Assembly: GCA_963422645.2 (NCBI GenBank)
Contig: CAXXVO010000018.1
Span: forward strand, 1 to 64,000
Reading direction: 5' to 3'
Length of the DNA: 64,000 nt
Origin: Alphaproteobacteria bacterium
Lineage (GTDB): Bacteria > Pseudomonadota > Alphaproteobacteria > UBA828
The translations under genes and the position numbers were made by a program. This document shows positions 23,311 through 35,446 of this stretch, in pieces (within the stretch, counting starts at the first letter, position 1; each line of letters starts with the position of its first letter). Below the pieces are notes generated by a model, which was given only the letters and a program-made list of their open reading frames with translations, had not been told where the DNA came from and ran no database searches.

Positions 23311-23970
23311 CTAGCTTCCCTTCTTGGCGCTGCCCTTGGCCTCCGAGTCGTCCGGGCTCTCCGGCCGCCGGGCCACCACATCGTCCACAATGCCGAACTC
23401 CTTAGCTTCGTGGGGAGTCATGAACTTGTCACGTTCCAGGTTTTCTTCGATCACCGCAAGGTCCTGGCGGGTATGGCTCACGTAAATTTCATTGAGGCGC
23501 TGGCGCAGCAACAGGATTTCCTTGGCGTGAATCTCAATGTCGGTGGCCTGCCCCTGAAAGCCGCCGGACGGCTGATGCAGCATGATCCGAGCATTGGGTA
23601 GGGCGAAGCGCTGCCCCTCAGAGCCTGCCGCCAGCAGCAATGAGCCCATGGAAGCCGCCTGGCCGATGCAAAGCGTCGCCACCGCCGGGCGCACATACTG
23701 CATCGTGTCGTAAATCGCGAGACCCGACGTCACCAGGCCGCCGGGGCTGTTGATGTAGACGGAGATGTCCTTGGTCGGGTTCTCCGATTCCAGGAACAAG
23801 AGCTGCGCGGTGATCAGGCTCGCGACCTCATCGCCGATACCGCCGGTGAGGAAAATGATCCGTTCCTTGAGCAGGCGCGAGTAAATGTCGTAGGCACGCT
23901 CGCCCCGGTTGGTCTGCTCCACGACCATGGGTACGAGGGTGTTTGCGTAGGTTTCGACGATATCCGCCAT
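23311..23970 (-). CDS. clpP: Clp protease proteolytic subunit
   Basis: [32 protein letters not shown]. Confidence 0.98.
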   Translation of the reverse strand: MADIVETYANTLVPMVVEQTNRGERAYDIYSRLLKERIIFLTGGIGDEVASLITAQLLFLESENPTKDISVYINSPGGLVTSGLAIYDTMQYVRPAVATLCIGQAASMGSLLLAAGSEGQRFALPNARIMLHQPSGGFQGQATDIEIHAKEILLLRQRLNEIYVSHTRQDLAVIEENLERDKFMTPHEAKEFGIVDDVVARRPESPDDSEAKGSAKKGS

Positions 23971-23996
23971 GGCAATGCCCCTTCCGGCCTGTCGGA

Positions 23997-25433
23997 TTAG
24001 CTCGATTCACCAGGCGCGGTGCTATCGCCGTCGCCGACCTCTGCCGACTCTTCCTCGCCAGCAGCAGGGTCTCCGGACTTAGACGGTTTCTCGTCGTCAT
24101 CCGGGTCGCGCATCAGCGTTTCCACATCCACCACCTCATCGGAGACCGCGGCGAGTTCGCTGAGGAACGCGATTACCTTGTCTTCGAACACCGTCGGGCC
24201 GAAGCGTTCCAGCGCTTGCGGCTGGCTCCGGTAGTACTCGAGAAGTCGCTGTGGCTCGGGATGCCCGCGGGCGCTCATCATGGCAGCGCGGAGCAGGTCC
24301 TCCTGTTCGACCGATATGTCGTTGGCCCCGCCTATTTCCGCGACCAGGAGACCGAGGCGCACCCGCCTCTCGGCGATCCTCCGAAACTCCTCCCGTGCCT
24401 CCTCTTCCGGCTGGTCGAGAATTGTGGCGATTTCCGCCTCGGCGCGTTTGGCGTCGTTCTCGATTTGCTGCCAGACGGCGTCGAACTCACGCTCGACCAT
24501 GCCGGGCGGCACGTCGAACTTGTAGCGCTCATCGAGGACATCGAGCAGCGAGCGCTTGAGACGGGCCTGGGAGGCTTGATCGTACTGCTCCTGGATCTGC
24601 CCTCGCACCACGCCGCGCAGCTCGTCCAGGTTCTCAGCGCCCCGGCGTTCGGCGAAGGAGTCGTCGACCGTGGTCGGCAGCCGCTCCTGCACTTCCTTGA
24701 CCGTAATCTTGAAGACGGTCGCCGCCGCTGCCGCTGCGGGCTCATTCTGCTCACCGGCTTCCGAGTCAGGTGTTTCAGGCGCGATCGTTACTTCGCGCTC
24801 CTCGCCTGCCTGAGCGCCGACGAGCTGCTGGGTCATTTCGGGCATGAGCGCTTCGGTATCGAGCTCCAGCGGCACGTCCGTGCCGCTCCGCTCTGGCGCC
24901 GGCTTGCCGTCGACCTCGACGGCGATGTCGACCAGAAGCTGGTCGCCTTCCTGGGCCGCCCGCGGTGACTCGACCGGCTCGAAAAGCTTTTCGGCCTCGG
25001 CGAGTCGGCCAAGCGCGTCCGCCACCGCATCATCGGTCACTTCGGCCTTGAGTCGGGTGACGGTCAGGTCGGAGAAGTCGCCGAGCTCGATGTTCGGCAA
25101 GACCTCCATCCCCATGGTGAACTCGAGATCCTTGCCCTCGTCGTAGGCCGTGATTTCGATCTCGGGCTGCATGGCCGGGCGCAACTCGCGCTCCTCCAAG
25201 ACCTCGCGCGTGCGGGTCTCGATCGTCTGTTGCAGCACCTCGCCCAGCACGCGCGGCTGATATTGGCGGCGCACGATCGAGAGTGGCACTTTGCCGCGCC
25301 GAAAGCCCTTCATGGTCACGGTCTTGCGTAGCTCGTCGAGCCGTCCCTCGACCTCGGATTCGAGATCGGCTGCCGGCACCGTCACCTTGAGTTCACGCTT
25401 CAACCCCTCGGAGAGGGTTTCTGTTACCTGCAT
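23997..25433 (-). CDS. tig: Trigger factor
   Basis: GFRRGKVP signature, [10 protein letters not shown]; tig-clpP-clpX-lon order. Confidence 0.96.
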   Translation of the reverse strand: MQVTETLSEGLKRELKVTVPAADLESEVEGRLDELRKTVTMKGFRRGKVPLSIVRRQYQPRVLGEVLQQTIETRTREVLEERELRPAMQPEIEITAYDEGKDLEFTMGMEVLPNIELGDFSDLTVTRLKAEVTDDAVADALGRLAEAEKLFEPVESPRAAQEGDQLLVDIAVEVDGKPAPERSGTDVPLELDTEALMPEMTQQLVGAQAGEEREVTIAPETPDSEAGEQNEPAAAAAATVFKITVKEVQERLPTTVDDSFAERRGAENLDELRGVVRGQIQEQYDQASQARLKRSLLDVLDERYKFDVPPGMVEREFDAVWQQIENDAKRAEAEIATILDQPEEEAREEFRRIAERRVRLGLLVAEIGGANDISVEQEDLLRAAMMSARGHPEPQRLLEYYRSQPQALERFGPTVFEDKVIAFLSELAAVSDEVVDVETLMRDPDDDEKPSKSGDPAAGEEESAEVGDGDSTAPGESS

Positions 25434-25507
25434 GGCCTAGCGCTCATGTCGTACTCCGCATGGCCCATACGCGCCCAACGGGACGCGGGTGCGGGCTCCA
25501 CCGGCGA

Positions 25508-25592
25508 TGGTGCGGGCGAAGGGACTCGAACCCCCACGGCCTTAGCCACGTGGTCCTAAACCACGCGCGTCTACCAATTCCGCCACGCCCGC
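25508..25592 (-). tRNA. tRNA-Leu(TAG)
   Basis: GCGGGCG acceptor, CGTGG-TTTAGGA-CCACG anticodon arm, variable arm, GGTTCGAGT, CCA end. Confidence 0.95.
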
Positions 25593-25744
25593 GCGCCCCC
25601 GGCCAATTCTAGAATCGTACAACGCTCCGGAGCCGGAGCGGCATCGGGCGCCCTATAGCACAGAAGAGCGCCGATAAGCCAAGACGCCGACCAAACTCGT
25701 TTCCGACTTGAACGAAGACACGCGGACTGATGGTATCGCGCCGC

Positions 25745-25834
25745 GGATGGGTGGCCGAGCGGTCGAAGGCACCGGTCTTGAAAACCGGCAGGGGCGCGAG
25801 TCCCTCGTGGGTTCGAATCCCACCCCATCCGCCA
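25745..25834 (+). tRNA. tRNA-Ser(TGA)
   Basis: GGATGGG acceptor, CCGGT-CTTGAAA-ACCGG anticodon arm, long variable arm, GGTTCGAATCC, GCCA end. Confidence 0.95.
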
Positions 25835-26728
25835 CGTATCTTCCATAATATATTGTAATGAAATGATTTCTCGAGGGCGTAGCGTGTTGCTCCCTATTTA
25901 GAACCGTATTCGAAGTGCGATTTCGCGACACGCCCGGGGACCGTATAGGACGATCCCACCCGTCGCACTCCGGTTGCCCACGGGGTGAAACCCCGGTCAG
26001 TCAGCGCGCGGGAATATCTCTGACCACAGCTCGCTGTCTACTCCGGGACCCGGATCGCGCGCGATCCACCGGCGGCGGATCAGCTTCGATCGAGTCGGGG
26101 CGATAGGGGCGGGCAACTGTTCGGATGCACTCGACCTCGGTCGCCAGCCCTGTACGCCAGGCGCAGGCGCGCGGCTCGGCCGGCACCGCGCGACTGCCCC
26201 GTCCCGTCCGCCAAGCGCCGGCTCCACCATCCCGACGGGAACCGGCGGCGCGCCCTGCCGGCTTCGACCGCGTGCGGGGCCTCGACGGGCCAGCGCCTCG
26301 ATCCGCCTGAAGGCCTCAACTCCACAGCGCTATTGAGAGGGACGGCGCGATTGACAAGGGAGCCGCCTTCATCTGAGGTCGGCTCCCCGTGGTGGCCATG
26401 CCATGCCTCGCCAAGCCCTGCCGGGCGGGTGGCACTGTTTGTCAACCAGCGGCAGGAAGGCAAACCCGTTAGAGGGTTCCCTGTGGCCTTTCGAACGGCG
26501 ACGCGAATCGCAGCTCAGCGGCACCTGCTGTCAACAACGAAGGACGGTCCACCAAGCCCGCCCTTTCAAGTTGAAGTCGGAAGCACAGCACGAGTCGGCA
26601 CCAGCCCCAAAATGGTCAAGCACTACCCGGCTTGCGCGAAAGCCGAGCGGGGCGCCGTTGCCCGCCTCCGCCACGGCGCATGCTGAGCGCACCCCGAAGC
26701 AGTCACCGGGTCGAGCCCTCGACCAGCG

Positions 26729-28710
26729 CTAGGCTGAACTTCCGGAGCGGATATTGAGCTAAGCCATTGCGGTTGCTTTGGAAAGCACCGTTTCGCGGAG
26801 TCGCGTACTGGGTACGCTACAGGCTGACGCCGAGCAGGTCGAGCGCCTGGCGCTGCAGCTTCGTCGGTTTGGTGACCAGGTCGAAGGGCGGTGCTCCGGG
26901 CAGTTTCGGCTGAACTCTGTTCCTGGCGATGGTCGCCAGGTCTTCGAGGAGGGTGCGGAAGCTATGCACCGGCACGCCGTCTGGTGTGCGCTTGGCGGCG
27001 GCCTTGCGCCGGGCCGAAGGCGAGGGCTTTGCCGGTGCGACGATGGAGGCGCGCGCGGCGTCCGCGCCCGCCGGGTCGTCCTCGTCGAACAGGATGGGGG
27101 CGAGCCTTTGGCGCATGTGCCACTCGACATGGTAGGCGAGCATGCACAGCAGGACGTGGGCGCGCACGCGCTCAGGCCGATAGTGGTGGATGGGCCGCAC
27201 CTTGAGGTCGACCGTCTTGACGCTTCGGAAGGCGCGCTCGATGCGGCTCAATCCCTTGTAGGCGCGCACCGTGTCCTCGGCCCCGAGCTCGCGCTCGGAC
27301 AGGCTGGTGCGGATGACGTAGAGGCCATCGAGCGCCGCCTCTTCGGCGATCCGCTCTGCGTTGCGCCGCCAGGCGAAGCCGTCATCGGCGATCTCCAGGT
27401 CGAAGTGCTTTCCGACCTTGTGCTTGCCGATGACCTTGCCCACGCGCAGCCCGATCTTGTCCTTGCCGGCGAGACGGCGCTTGTCGCGCCGGGTTGCCGC
27501 ACGGATCGCGTCGAGATCGCTCTCGGTGGCCTGGAGCAGGGCCTCGCGCTTGCGCGCGCGCTCTTCGGCGAGCAGCGGGTTGCGGCAGGCGATCAGGCGC
27601 TCGCCGGGGAAGTCGGGATGATGGATCTCGGCCAGGGCGCGCTCGTCGAAGAGCGAGAGCTGCAGCGTCCCGCCGGAGGCCAGCTCGCGGATCGCCGGCG
27701 CCCGCAGCGCGCTGATCCACTCCAGCCCGGCCGGCTTCACCTCCTCGCGGATGCGCGCCTCGGTGAGCATGCCGCGATCGCCCACGAGAACGACCCGCGA
27801 AAGCCGGAAGCGCCGGCGCAGCTTGTCGATCTGCGTGCCCAGTGTGGCCGGATCGGCGGTGTTGCCCTCGAACACCTCCACCGCCACCGGGCAGCCCTGC
27901 GCGTTGCACAGAAGCCCGAACACGATCTGCAGCTTGCCGCGCTTGCCGTCGCGGGAGTAGCCGTGACGCGCCAGCGGACAGCAGCGCCCCTCCAGCCAGG
28001 TCGAAGTGACGTCGTAGAGCACCAGCGCGCCGTCCTCGAGATGACGCTCGGCCAGACCCCGCTCGATCCTGGGCTGGCGCTGCAGTAGCCAGTCCATCGC
28101 CTCGTAGAGCTCGTCTTCGCCGACCTCGCCCAGGGCGAGCGCCTCGCCGAGGCCGTGGCCAAGCGTGTCCTCGCTGAGCCCGCGCGCGGTGGCGAGCTTC
28201 GAGCGCGGCGCCACGATGCGGGCGACGATCATGGCCACCACGAGATCGCGCAGCCGCGAGCGCCTGGCGCCGATCAGCCGTTCCAGACCGAGGCCGCGCA
28301 GGGCGCCGAGCACCGCTGCCACATGGCCGAAGGGACGCGAGCGGGTGATGTCGAAGCCGTCGTGCTCGCGGATCGTCTCGCCTCGGGGCACTGCGGTTCC
28401 GCCGCGCAGCAGGATGCGCAGACCGTCGATCAGGTGCGGCGGCCACTTGGACAGATTGGCCAGGGTGCGTTTTCTGATTTTTCCGCCCGCGCGCCATGAT
28501 TCGCGCAGGAGGATTGCGGGCGGGGAGTTCCGGTTTGGGACGCTCTCGATATACATGGGGACGGAACATAGCCCACCTCCCGCCTCATATCAACCACCTC
28601 TCTCCATTTACATGGGTACACTTTGCATCTGCGCCGAAGGCCGATACGCCCGTAAGATCAACGGCTTAGCCCCGAAAATCAGCCCATTTCCGGGGGGAAG
28701 TTCGGGCTAG
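26729..28710 (-). mobile_element. IS1634-family insertion sequence (second type)
   Basis: Imperfect inverted repeats CTAGGCTGAACTTCC / GGAAGTTCGGGCTAG; no clear target duplication. Confidence 0.8.
26817..28556 (-). CDS. IS1634-family DDE transposase
   Basis: LYDVTS, GYSRD, VGDRGM, IERAFRSVKTVDLKVRPIHH. Confidence 0.9.
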   Translation of the reverse strand: MYIESVPNRNSPPAILLRESWRAGGKIRKRTLANLSKWPPHLIDGLRILLRGGTAVPRGETIREHDGFDITRSRPFGHVAAVLGALRGLGLERLIGARRSRLRDLVVAMIVARIVAPRSKLATARGLSEDTLGHGLGEALALGEVGEDELYEAMDWLLQRQPRIERGLAERHLEDGALVLYDVTSTWLEGRCCPLARHGYSRDGKRGKLQIVFGLLCNAQGCPVAVEVFEGNTADPATLGTQIDKLRRRFRLSRVVLVGDRGMLTEARIREEVKPAGLEWISALRAPAIRELASGGTLQLSLFDERALAEIHHPDFPGERLIACRNPLLAEERARKREALLQATESDLDAIRAATRRDKRRLAGKDKIGLRVGKVIGKHKVGKHFDLEIADDGFAWRRNAERIAEEAALDGLYVIRTSLSERELGAEDTVRAYKGLSRIERAFRSVKTVDLKVRPIHHYRPERVRAHVLLCMLAYHVEWHMRQRLAPILFDEDDPAGADAARASIVAPAKPSPSARRKAAAKRTPDGVPVHSFRTLLEDLATIARNRVQPKLPGAPPFDLVTKPTKLQRQALDLLGVSL

Positions 28711-29948
28711 GGGCGTCGCCGCTCCACAATCGCGCGTTGATTCCGGGATCGCCTGGGGGATACTCGAGTCAGCGCTGGGGTCGCCCTCCAATGCCAGCGG
28801 GCTTCCTGGCCCTGAGCCTCGACCCCCTGCGGTCACAGACCCGACTCCGCCGCGCTCTCGCAGTTGACGCCATCGCTCGGATATCCGAGTCTCACCGTCG
28901 GCCCCGAAAAAAAAGGTGTCACTACGCCCACCCTCCGGGGAGGGCGTCCCCACCACTACGACATCGGGGCCACCCGGCGCCCTCGACCGGCCACGGCCTC
29001 GACCAGCTCGACGGCGCGACCGGATGCCAGCGCCTCGACCTCGACCGGCCCGCCCTGGCGGATGCCGGCACCTTCGACCGGCTCGCCGCTCGCGGCGCCG
29101 TCGCCCGCCACGGCAAGGGCACGGGGAAGCCTGAGTGCCGGAGCTGGCCCCGATGCCATAGCGACGGCGATGCCCACCGCCACAAGCAGCGGACAACGGG
29201 GCATCGAGGCATCAGGGCCGCTACCGAGACTCGGCGAACGCCCCGCAAACGTCAACGGCCTCGATCGGCCGCCGATCCTGCCGGCGCACCCGCCCGCCTC
29301 CCCACCATCCCGGTGATGCCGCAGAACGCACCCGCACCGCCTCGACCGCCCCGCCCGCCGATGGCACGCGGAGGCCTCGCCGCTTCGACCGGCCCCGCCC
29401 GGCCGGGTCCACCGCCCCGCCGCGCGCACCCGCCCGCGCCCGACCGCAGGGAGGGGGGGAGGCCCGGCGCCGACCGACCCCCCCCCTTCTGTCAGGTCGC
29501 TTCACGCGCCAGCGCCGAATTTCGAGCTCCGGGGGGACACAATAGGCCGGTCCGTGCCGAGCGCGTGGGTAACTGCCGTCCGGCCGAAACCCGACCGAGC
29601 GCAGCCCCCACCCCACCCCGTGCGCGCGATCACCCGCATTTCGGCCCTTTGACCCCCGCGGGTGCCCTGCATATCCCCCGTCTCGGACGCGCCTCGCGGG
29701 CCAGAGACCCCCGAAAGTGGGCGGAGGGGGCCGGAATCGGGGGAAAAGGCGGGTGCACACGCGCGGCAGCGCAGCGATTCCCCGGCCGATCCCCGCATAA
29801 TCCCCCGCACGGCGCCCGGAATGCGTGTCACGTCAAGGGCTTGGCGCCCCGCCCGGCCGAAAAGGGATCGCTGCACGTGAACTGCACGGTTCGAGGCCGG
29901 CGCGCTATGCTGCGCCCCGTGGAATCAGCGTCCAGGGGGGGCGATATC

Positions 29949-30542
29949 ATGGTCACGCAAGAGCACTGGTCCCCGCCCCGCGTGGGGTCACGCGAGCATT
30001 GCGCGCTGGGGTGGCTCGCCATGGTCGAGCCGCCGCCCGGCGTCGTGATCCCGACCGCCGCGTGGCTGCCGGCGGCGAGGGTGTCGGGGATGAAGGTCGG
30101 CGCAGTCAAGCGGCTGGCGCGGCGTGCGGCAGAAGGCGGCGATCCGCGCGTCCGGTGGCTCGCGGATCACTTGGAGCGGCTGCGCCGGCGGGCGCCTCGC
30201 GGGCCGGGCGACCTCTCCCGTGTCCGGCTCGCGGACTGGCTGCGGCGCCGGGGCCTGACGTGGCGGCAGGTCGCGCGCGCCTGCGGCTACGCGGAGGCCG
30301 ACAACGGGCGCAGCATCCGCCGGGCGGTGCGGCGCTATCGGCAGCGCCTGGCGAACGGCGACACGCTGCCGAAGGCGCGCGCGGCGTACCAGCTCCGGCA
30401 ACGCGGCGAAGGGTGGACGGCGGTCGCGCGCCGGGTCGGCTATTCGAGCGGCCGGTCGGCTCGGGTCATGGCGCGGCGCTACGCGGAGCGCGCGGGGCTG
30501 GCGTGGCCGGTGCCAGTGCAAGTGGTGCCGACCGCGCATTAG
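29949..30542 (+). CDS. Hypothetical basic protein with two tandem HTH-like repeats
   Basis: LRRRGLTWRQVARACGY and LRQRGEGWTAVARRVGY; purine-rich stretch upstream of ATG 29949. Confidence 0.55.
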   Translation: MVTQEHWSPPRVGSREHCALGWLAMVEPPPGVVIPTAAWLPAARVSGMKVGAVKRLARRAAEGGDPRVRWLADHLERLRRRAPRGPGDLSRVRLADWLRRRGLTWRQVARACGYAEADNGRSIRRAVRRYRQRLANGDTLPKARAAYQLRQRGEGWTAVARRVGYSSGRSARVMARRYAERAGLAWPVPVQVVPTAH

Positions 30543-32281
30543 GTGCGCGCCAAGCTGCGGCACGGACATCTGTGGACCGTTGGTTAGAACAGGTTCCGAT
30601 CGCTCAGCAGAGCCCGACCTAGAATGGTCGGTAGGCCTGCGGTAGCCTGCGGGTGCTGGAGTCCGTGGCTCCTCAACTCCAGCCGCACAGGATCGGGATG
30701 ACAGATCGACATGGAAGCAGGCGACCGATTCTTCGAACGCCCGATCCTCAATTCACCCTACGAGTATCCTTTGGTAACTGCCCAGGTCGTCTGATTTGTC
30801 ATTTTGGGCCAGTGGATTGAGGCGTTTCTCGTTCGGAGTTGGTGGAAAGGGCTTGACGGGAATTTCGGGAAATGACTCAACAACGACATGAGCAATCCCG
30901 AGTCGCCGCGCGGCCCTTCGACGGGAGCAGCGCCCGAAACGCCCGCGCAGAAGATCGCCCGCCTGGAGGAGGAGAACGCCCGGCTTCGGGAGGAAAATGC
31001 CTGGCTTCGGCAGCAGAACGCGCGGCTGGAAGAGCAAGTCGCGCGTCTCGTCGAGCGCATCGAGGAGTTGGAGCGCCGTCTCGGCCTCAACAGCGGCAAC
31101 AGCGGCAAGCCGCCTTCGAGCGATGGGCTGAGGAAGCCGAATTCGAAGCGGCGAACCCGAAGCCTGCGCGGCAAATCGGGCCGCAAGCCCGGTGGCCAGC
31201 CCGGCCACAAGGGCAAGACGCTGCGCCGCGCCGATCACCCGGATCGGGTGAAGGATCACGTCCCGGCTTCCTGCAAGGGATGCGGTTCGCCGCTTTCGGA
31301 CGCGGCCAGGGCGGGAACGCCCGTCGCCCGCCAGGTGTTCGATCTGCCCGAGCCGAGCCCCCTGGAGGTGACCGAGCACCGGGCGCATGCCAAGTGCTGC
31401 GGGCATTGCGGGACGGTGACCCGGGCGGCGTTCCCCGACGGGGTGTCGGCGCCGGTGCAGTACGGCCCGCGCATTGCCGGGGTGGCGGTCTACCTTCAGC
31501 ACGCTCACTTCCTGCCGGAGGATCGGCTGTCGCAGGTGATGGCCGAGCTCTTCGGCGCGCCGGTGACGGCTGCGACGTTGGCGACGATGAGCGAGAGGGC
31601 GGCCGAGCGGCTGCGGGACGCGGCCTTGCACATACAGGACCTGGCGGCGGGCACGGCGCGGGTGAAACACATGGACGAGACCGGCTTGCGGATCGGCGGT
31701 CAGACGCAGTGGCTTCATGTGATCTGCACGCCGCTGCTGGCGGCGTACCGGGTCAGCGGCAAGCGCGGCGCCCTGCTCTCGGGTGTCTCCGGCATCGTCG
31801 TGCACGATCACTGGAAGCCGTACTTCGCGATGGAAGGGGTGGAGCACGGCCTGTGCAACGCCCATCACCTGCGGGAGTTGCAGGCGCTGGTGGACATCGA
31901 AGGGGAGGCTTGGGCCCGGCGGATGCAGCAGCTCCTGCGCCGAGCCAATCGCGCCGCCCGCATCGCGCTGGACAAGGATATCGCCGTTCCGGCGAGGCTT
32001 GTGGCGCTGATCGAGCGCCGATACGACGAGATCATCGCCGATGCGCTGGCCTTTCACGAGAGCCAACCACCGTTCTCGCCTGGCAAGAGGAAGAAGCGCC
32101 GGAAGCGAAGGATCGGTCACAATCTGGCCTTGAGGCTGCGCGACCACAAATGCGCGGTGCTCCGGTTCCTGATCGACCTCGAGGTCGGGTTCACGAACAA
32201 CGAGGCCGAGCGCGACCTTCGGATGATGAAGCTGCGCCAGAAGATCTCCGGGGGCTTCCGGTCCGCGCAGGGGGCCGAGAA

Positions 32282-33932
32282 GACGCCCTGAACGCAAAAG
32301 GCAACCTTCGCCTTCGGTGCTGTGGTTGCCGGGTTTCGACGGGTCTGGACCGCCGCCTGGCGATCCCGAGATTGGGATTGAATGGCGAATGGTGATTTTG
32401 TCCTCGGTGACCAACACCTCCTTCACGATGAGCCGGACGATGCGCTGCCGTTCGGCGATGTCCAGGGTTTCGGCGGACGAGTGCAGCCGCGCCAGAAAGC
32501 CGGTCAGCGTCTCGGCGAGCCGGAGATAGGTCTCGCGATCCTTCGCCCGATCGACGGTGGATTGCAGTTCGCGATTCAGAGCCTGATCCTGACGACGGAG
32601 CTCGGGCGTTCTGTCGCGCAGTTCATCGATTGTAATCAACTCCTCCTGATAGGCGTTGACCAGGCGGTCGATGCTTTTTCGGACCCGGATCAGACGGTGC
32701 CGCAGGTCGTTCTCGCGCTGCTGGTTTGGATCGGAAGCGCGGGCCGCCTGTAGTCGCCGGTCGATCTCGGCGCCGATCAGTGCTGGATCCTCGAGCAGGC
32801 GGACCACTTCGCCCCAGACGACGTCATCGAGCAAGTCCTGGCGCACCGGCCGACTGTCGCACACCGGTCCGTTGAGATGGCGCCAAGAGTCAGAACCCAG
32901 GCAGCGATAATAGGAGATCTTGCGGGCACTCGTCTGGGCCGATGTGCGAGACAGCGCGTAGCCGCATTTGCCGCACGAGACCAGTCCCTGGAGCACGCTG
33001 GGCGTCTTCGTGCGACGCGGCGCGTGGATCTTGTTCATCTCCAGCCGCTCTTCGGCCAGGGCGAAGGTCTCTTCGCTGACGATCGCCGGCACCGGGATCT
33101 CGATCCACTCCTCACGCGGTTTTTCGTGACCGCCGGTCGTGCCGCTGGCCACGCCGCGGCGCAGGCGCAGAGGACGTGTCACACATTTACGCGGCATCTG
33201 GCGGGTCTTGCCGAAACAGGCTTTCCCCTTGTACGCCGGATTGCGGAGCATCGCCCACACCGTCGAGCGTTCCCAGCGCGAGCGCCCGGTGGAGGTGGGT
33301 ACCGCGCGCTCATTGAGCCTGCAGGTGATCGCGCCGATGCTCATGTGATCGCAGGTGTAGCAGCGGTAAACCTCGCGAACCACCGACGCCTGCGGCTCGA
33401 CGATTTCGTAGAACGCATCGCTGTCCGGGGTTTTCTTGTGGTAGCGGTAGCCATAGGGCGCGCCGCCGAGGACGGCGATTTCGCCGCGTCGCGCCCGATG
33501 TCGCTTGCCGCGCCGGGAACGCTCCAGGATTTGCGCGCGCTCGTATTCCGCAATCATGCCCTGGAACTGGACGAGCAGATGATCTTCCGGGGTTTCCATC
33601 GACGGCGCTCTCAAGAACACGGTCTCGACGCCCTGACGGGCCAGCTCCTCGATGATCAGAACCTGGTAGGCATAGCGCCGGCTCATACGGTCCGGGGCAT
33701 GGACCAGCACCGTGTCGATGCGCCCTTCCGCGGCGAGATCCCTGACCCGCTCGAGCCCCGGGCGTTCGAGAACGGCGCCGGTATAGCCGTCATCTTCAAT
33801 GATCATGTCGGGCGCGACGCTGTAACCGTGGTCCTCGGCGTAGGCGATCAGGGCCTCGGTCTGGCTCGCTATCGTGTTGTCATCTCTCTGCCGCTCGCCG
33901 GAGACCCGCGCGTAAATGGCTGCGATCTTCAT
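32282..33932 (-). CDS. Large serine recombinase; no stop inside the element, frame stays open to 30753
   Basis: YARVS catalytic Ser, DRMSR, YGYRY recombinase domain, CGKCG..YYRC zinc ribbon, coiled coil. Confidence 0.9.
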
Positions 33933-34130
33933 GGTCGTCTCCTATGTCCTGCGCTCGGACCGGGATTTGCCGTGAAACAGATTCTGGCGAGGGACGCGCG
34001 GTGACGCTCCAACCCCGAGGTCACGGCGTTGGCTGAGACCGCCAGGGTCGGCGCGGCGGAGACGAGCGGTGGACTTCCCCGATGTGGTCCGAAGCGGTCC
34101 CGCGTAGCCGGCTGACGAGATGCGGGCCGC

Positions 34131-35381
34131 TCAGGCGGCCTTGAGTTCCGCGCCTACGGGCTCGATGTAGCCGTAGCGGCGGAGCATGCGGATCCACCGA
34201 GGAGCGTTGCGCTTGACCATCAGAGCGTCGTAGTCGGCCGTGCGGTCGTAGTAGGGCCTGCCGGTCTTGAGCACCACATAGATGATGCGCAGCATCTTGT
34301 GAGCGCCGGCGACGATGGCGCGCTTGTAGCCGCGCCGGGCGGCGAGGGCGCGGTGATGAGCCTCGAACTGGCACCCCTTGGTTCGGGCCGCGCCGTGGGC
34401 ACACTCGACGAGGCAGGCGCGCAGGGTCTTGGAGCCCATGCGGGTGCGTGCGTTGCGGCGCTTGCCCCCGCTCTCGTTGTTGCCGGGGCAGAGCCCGGCC
34501 CAGGCGGCGAAGTGCTCCTTGGAGGCGAACACGCCGATGTCGGGGCCGATCTCGATGAGGATGGTCGAGGCGGCGGTGCGGTCGATGCCGGGGATGGTGG
34601 TCAGCAGACGGAGCTGCTCCTCCCACGGTGTCATCTGCCCGTCGATCTTCCTGGTGTAGGACGCGATGCGCGCCTCAAGCGCGTCATGCTCCTCCAGCAG
34701 GTCGTTGAGCATGAAGCGGTCGTTGTCGCCCAGGCTCAGGGTGAGCGCCTCGCCGAGCCCCTCCAGCTTGTTCGCAACGTGGCTGGTGAGCGAGGCGAGG
34801 ATGACCTCGCGCGCCGTCCCCTGCGCCAGGCCGTCGAGGATCTTCCGGCCGTTGACGCCGAAGACGTCGGAGAGGATGCCGCCGATGCGCGCACCGGCGC
34901 GGTCGATGATCTTCTGCACGCGGTTGCGCACGGCGGAGCGCTGCCTGACCAGGACGCGGCGCTGGCGGCTCAGTGCGCGCAGCTCCCGGAACGGCTCAGG
35001 CGGAACGTGGGAAGGCGTGCAGAGCCCGAACTGGCACACGCAGGCCAGCCACACGCTGTCCGCCACGTCGGTCTTGCGCCCCTTCAACTGCTTCACCTGA
35101 CGCGCATGCACCAGGATCGCCTCGAGCCCGGCCGCCTCCAGGGCCGCGAAGGGCGCCTGCCAGTAGACCCCGGTCCCTTCCATCACCGCAGCCTCGACGC
35201 CGTGACCGGTCAGCCACGCGACCATCTCCTCCAGACCGCTCGGCAGCGTGCCGAAGCAGCGCGTCTCCACCACCGGCTCACCCTCGCCCTCACAGAGGCG
35301 AACCGTCGCGGTGATCTCCATCTTGTGCACGTCCAGACCCGCCGCGCGCGGCCGGACGACGTGCAAGCCTTCCGTCTTCAT
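34131..35381 (-). CDS. IS110-family DEDD recombinase/transposase
   Basis: GLDVHK, MEGTGVYW, RKTDVADS, IPGI, WAGLCPGNNESGGK. Confidence 0.93.
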   Translation of the reverse strand: MKTEGLHVVRPRAAGLDVHKMEITATVRLCEGEGEPVVETRCFGTLPSGLEEMVAWLTGHGVEAAVMEGTGVYWQAPFAALEAAGLEAILVHARQVKQLKGRKTDVADSVWLACVCQFGLCTPSHVPPEPFRELRALSRQRRVLVRQRSAVRNRVQKIIDRAGARIGGILSDVFGVNGRKILDGLAQGTAREVILASLTSHVANKLEGLGEALTLSLGDNDRFMLNDLLEEHDALEARIASYTRKIDGQMTPWEEQLRLLTTIPGIDRTAASTILIEIGPDIGVFASKEHFAAWAGLCPGNNESGGKRRNARTRMGSKTLRACLVECAHGAARTKGCQFEAHHRALAARRGYKRAIVAGAHKMLRIIYVVLKTGRPYYDRTADYDALMVKRNAPRWIRMLRRYGYIEPVGAELKAA

Positions 35382-35446
35382 CGCCTTCCTCCTCATTTGC
35401 GCTCTCGCCACGGCGGCGTACGATCACGCCGTGGCATCGCCACGGT

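Noticed and set aside
25810-25834. Duplicate of the tRNA-Ser 3' end marking the far island boundary
   Set aside because: No second copy noticed in the window, so island limits cannot be fixed.
28980-29080. CTCGAC repeats as a CRISPR array
   Set aside because: Too short and irregular, with no constant repeat-spacer period and no cas genes in the window.
28737-29948. First ~400 aa of the 601-aa ORF
   Set aside because: Pro/Arg-rich low-complexity translation of GC-rich DNA with no recognisable motif.
30753-32281. C-terminal ~510 aa of the 1059-aa recombinase ORF as a real domain
   Set aside because: It is the antisense read-through of IS66 tnpC beyond the element's terminal repeat.
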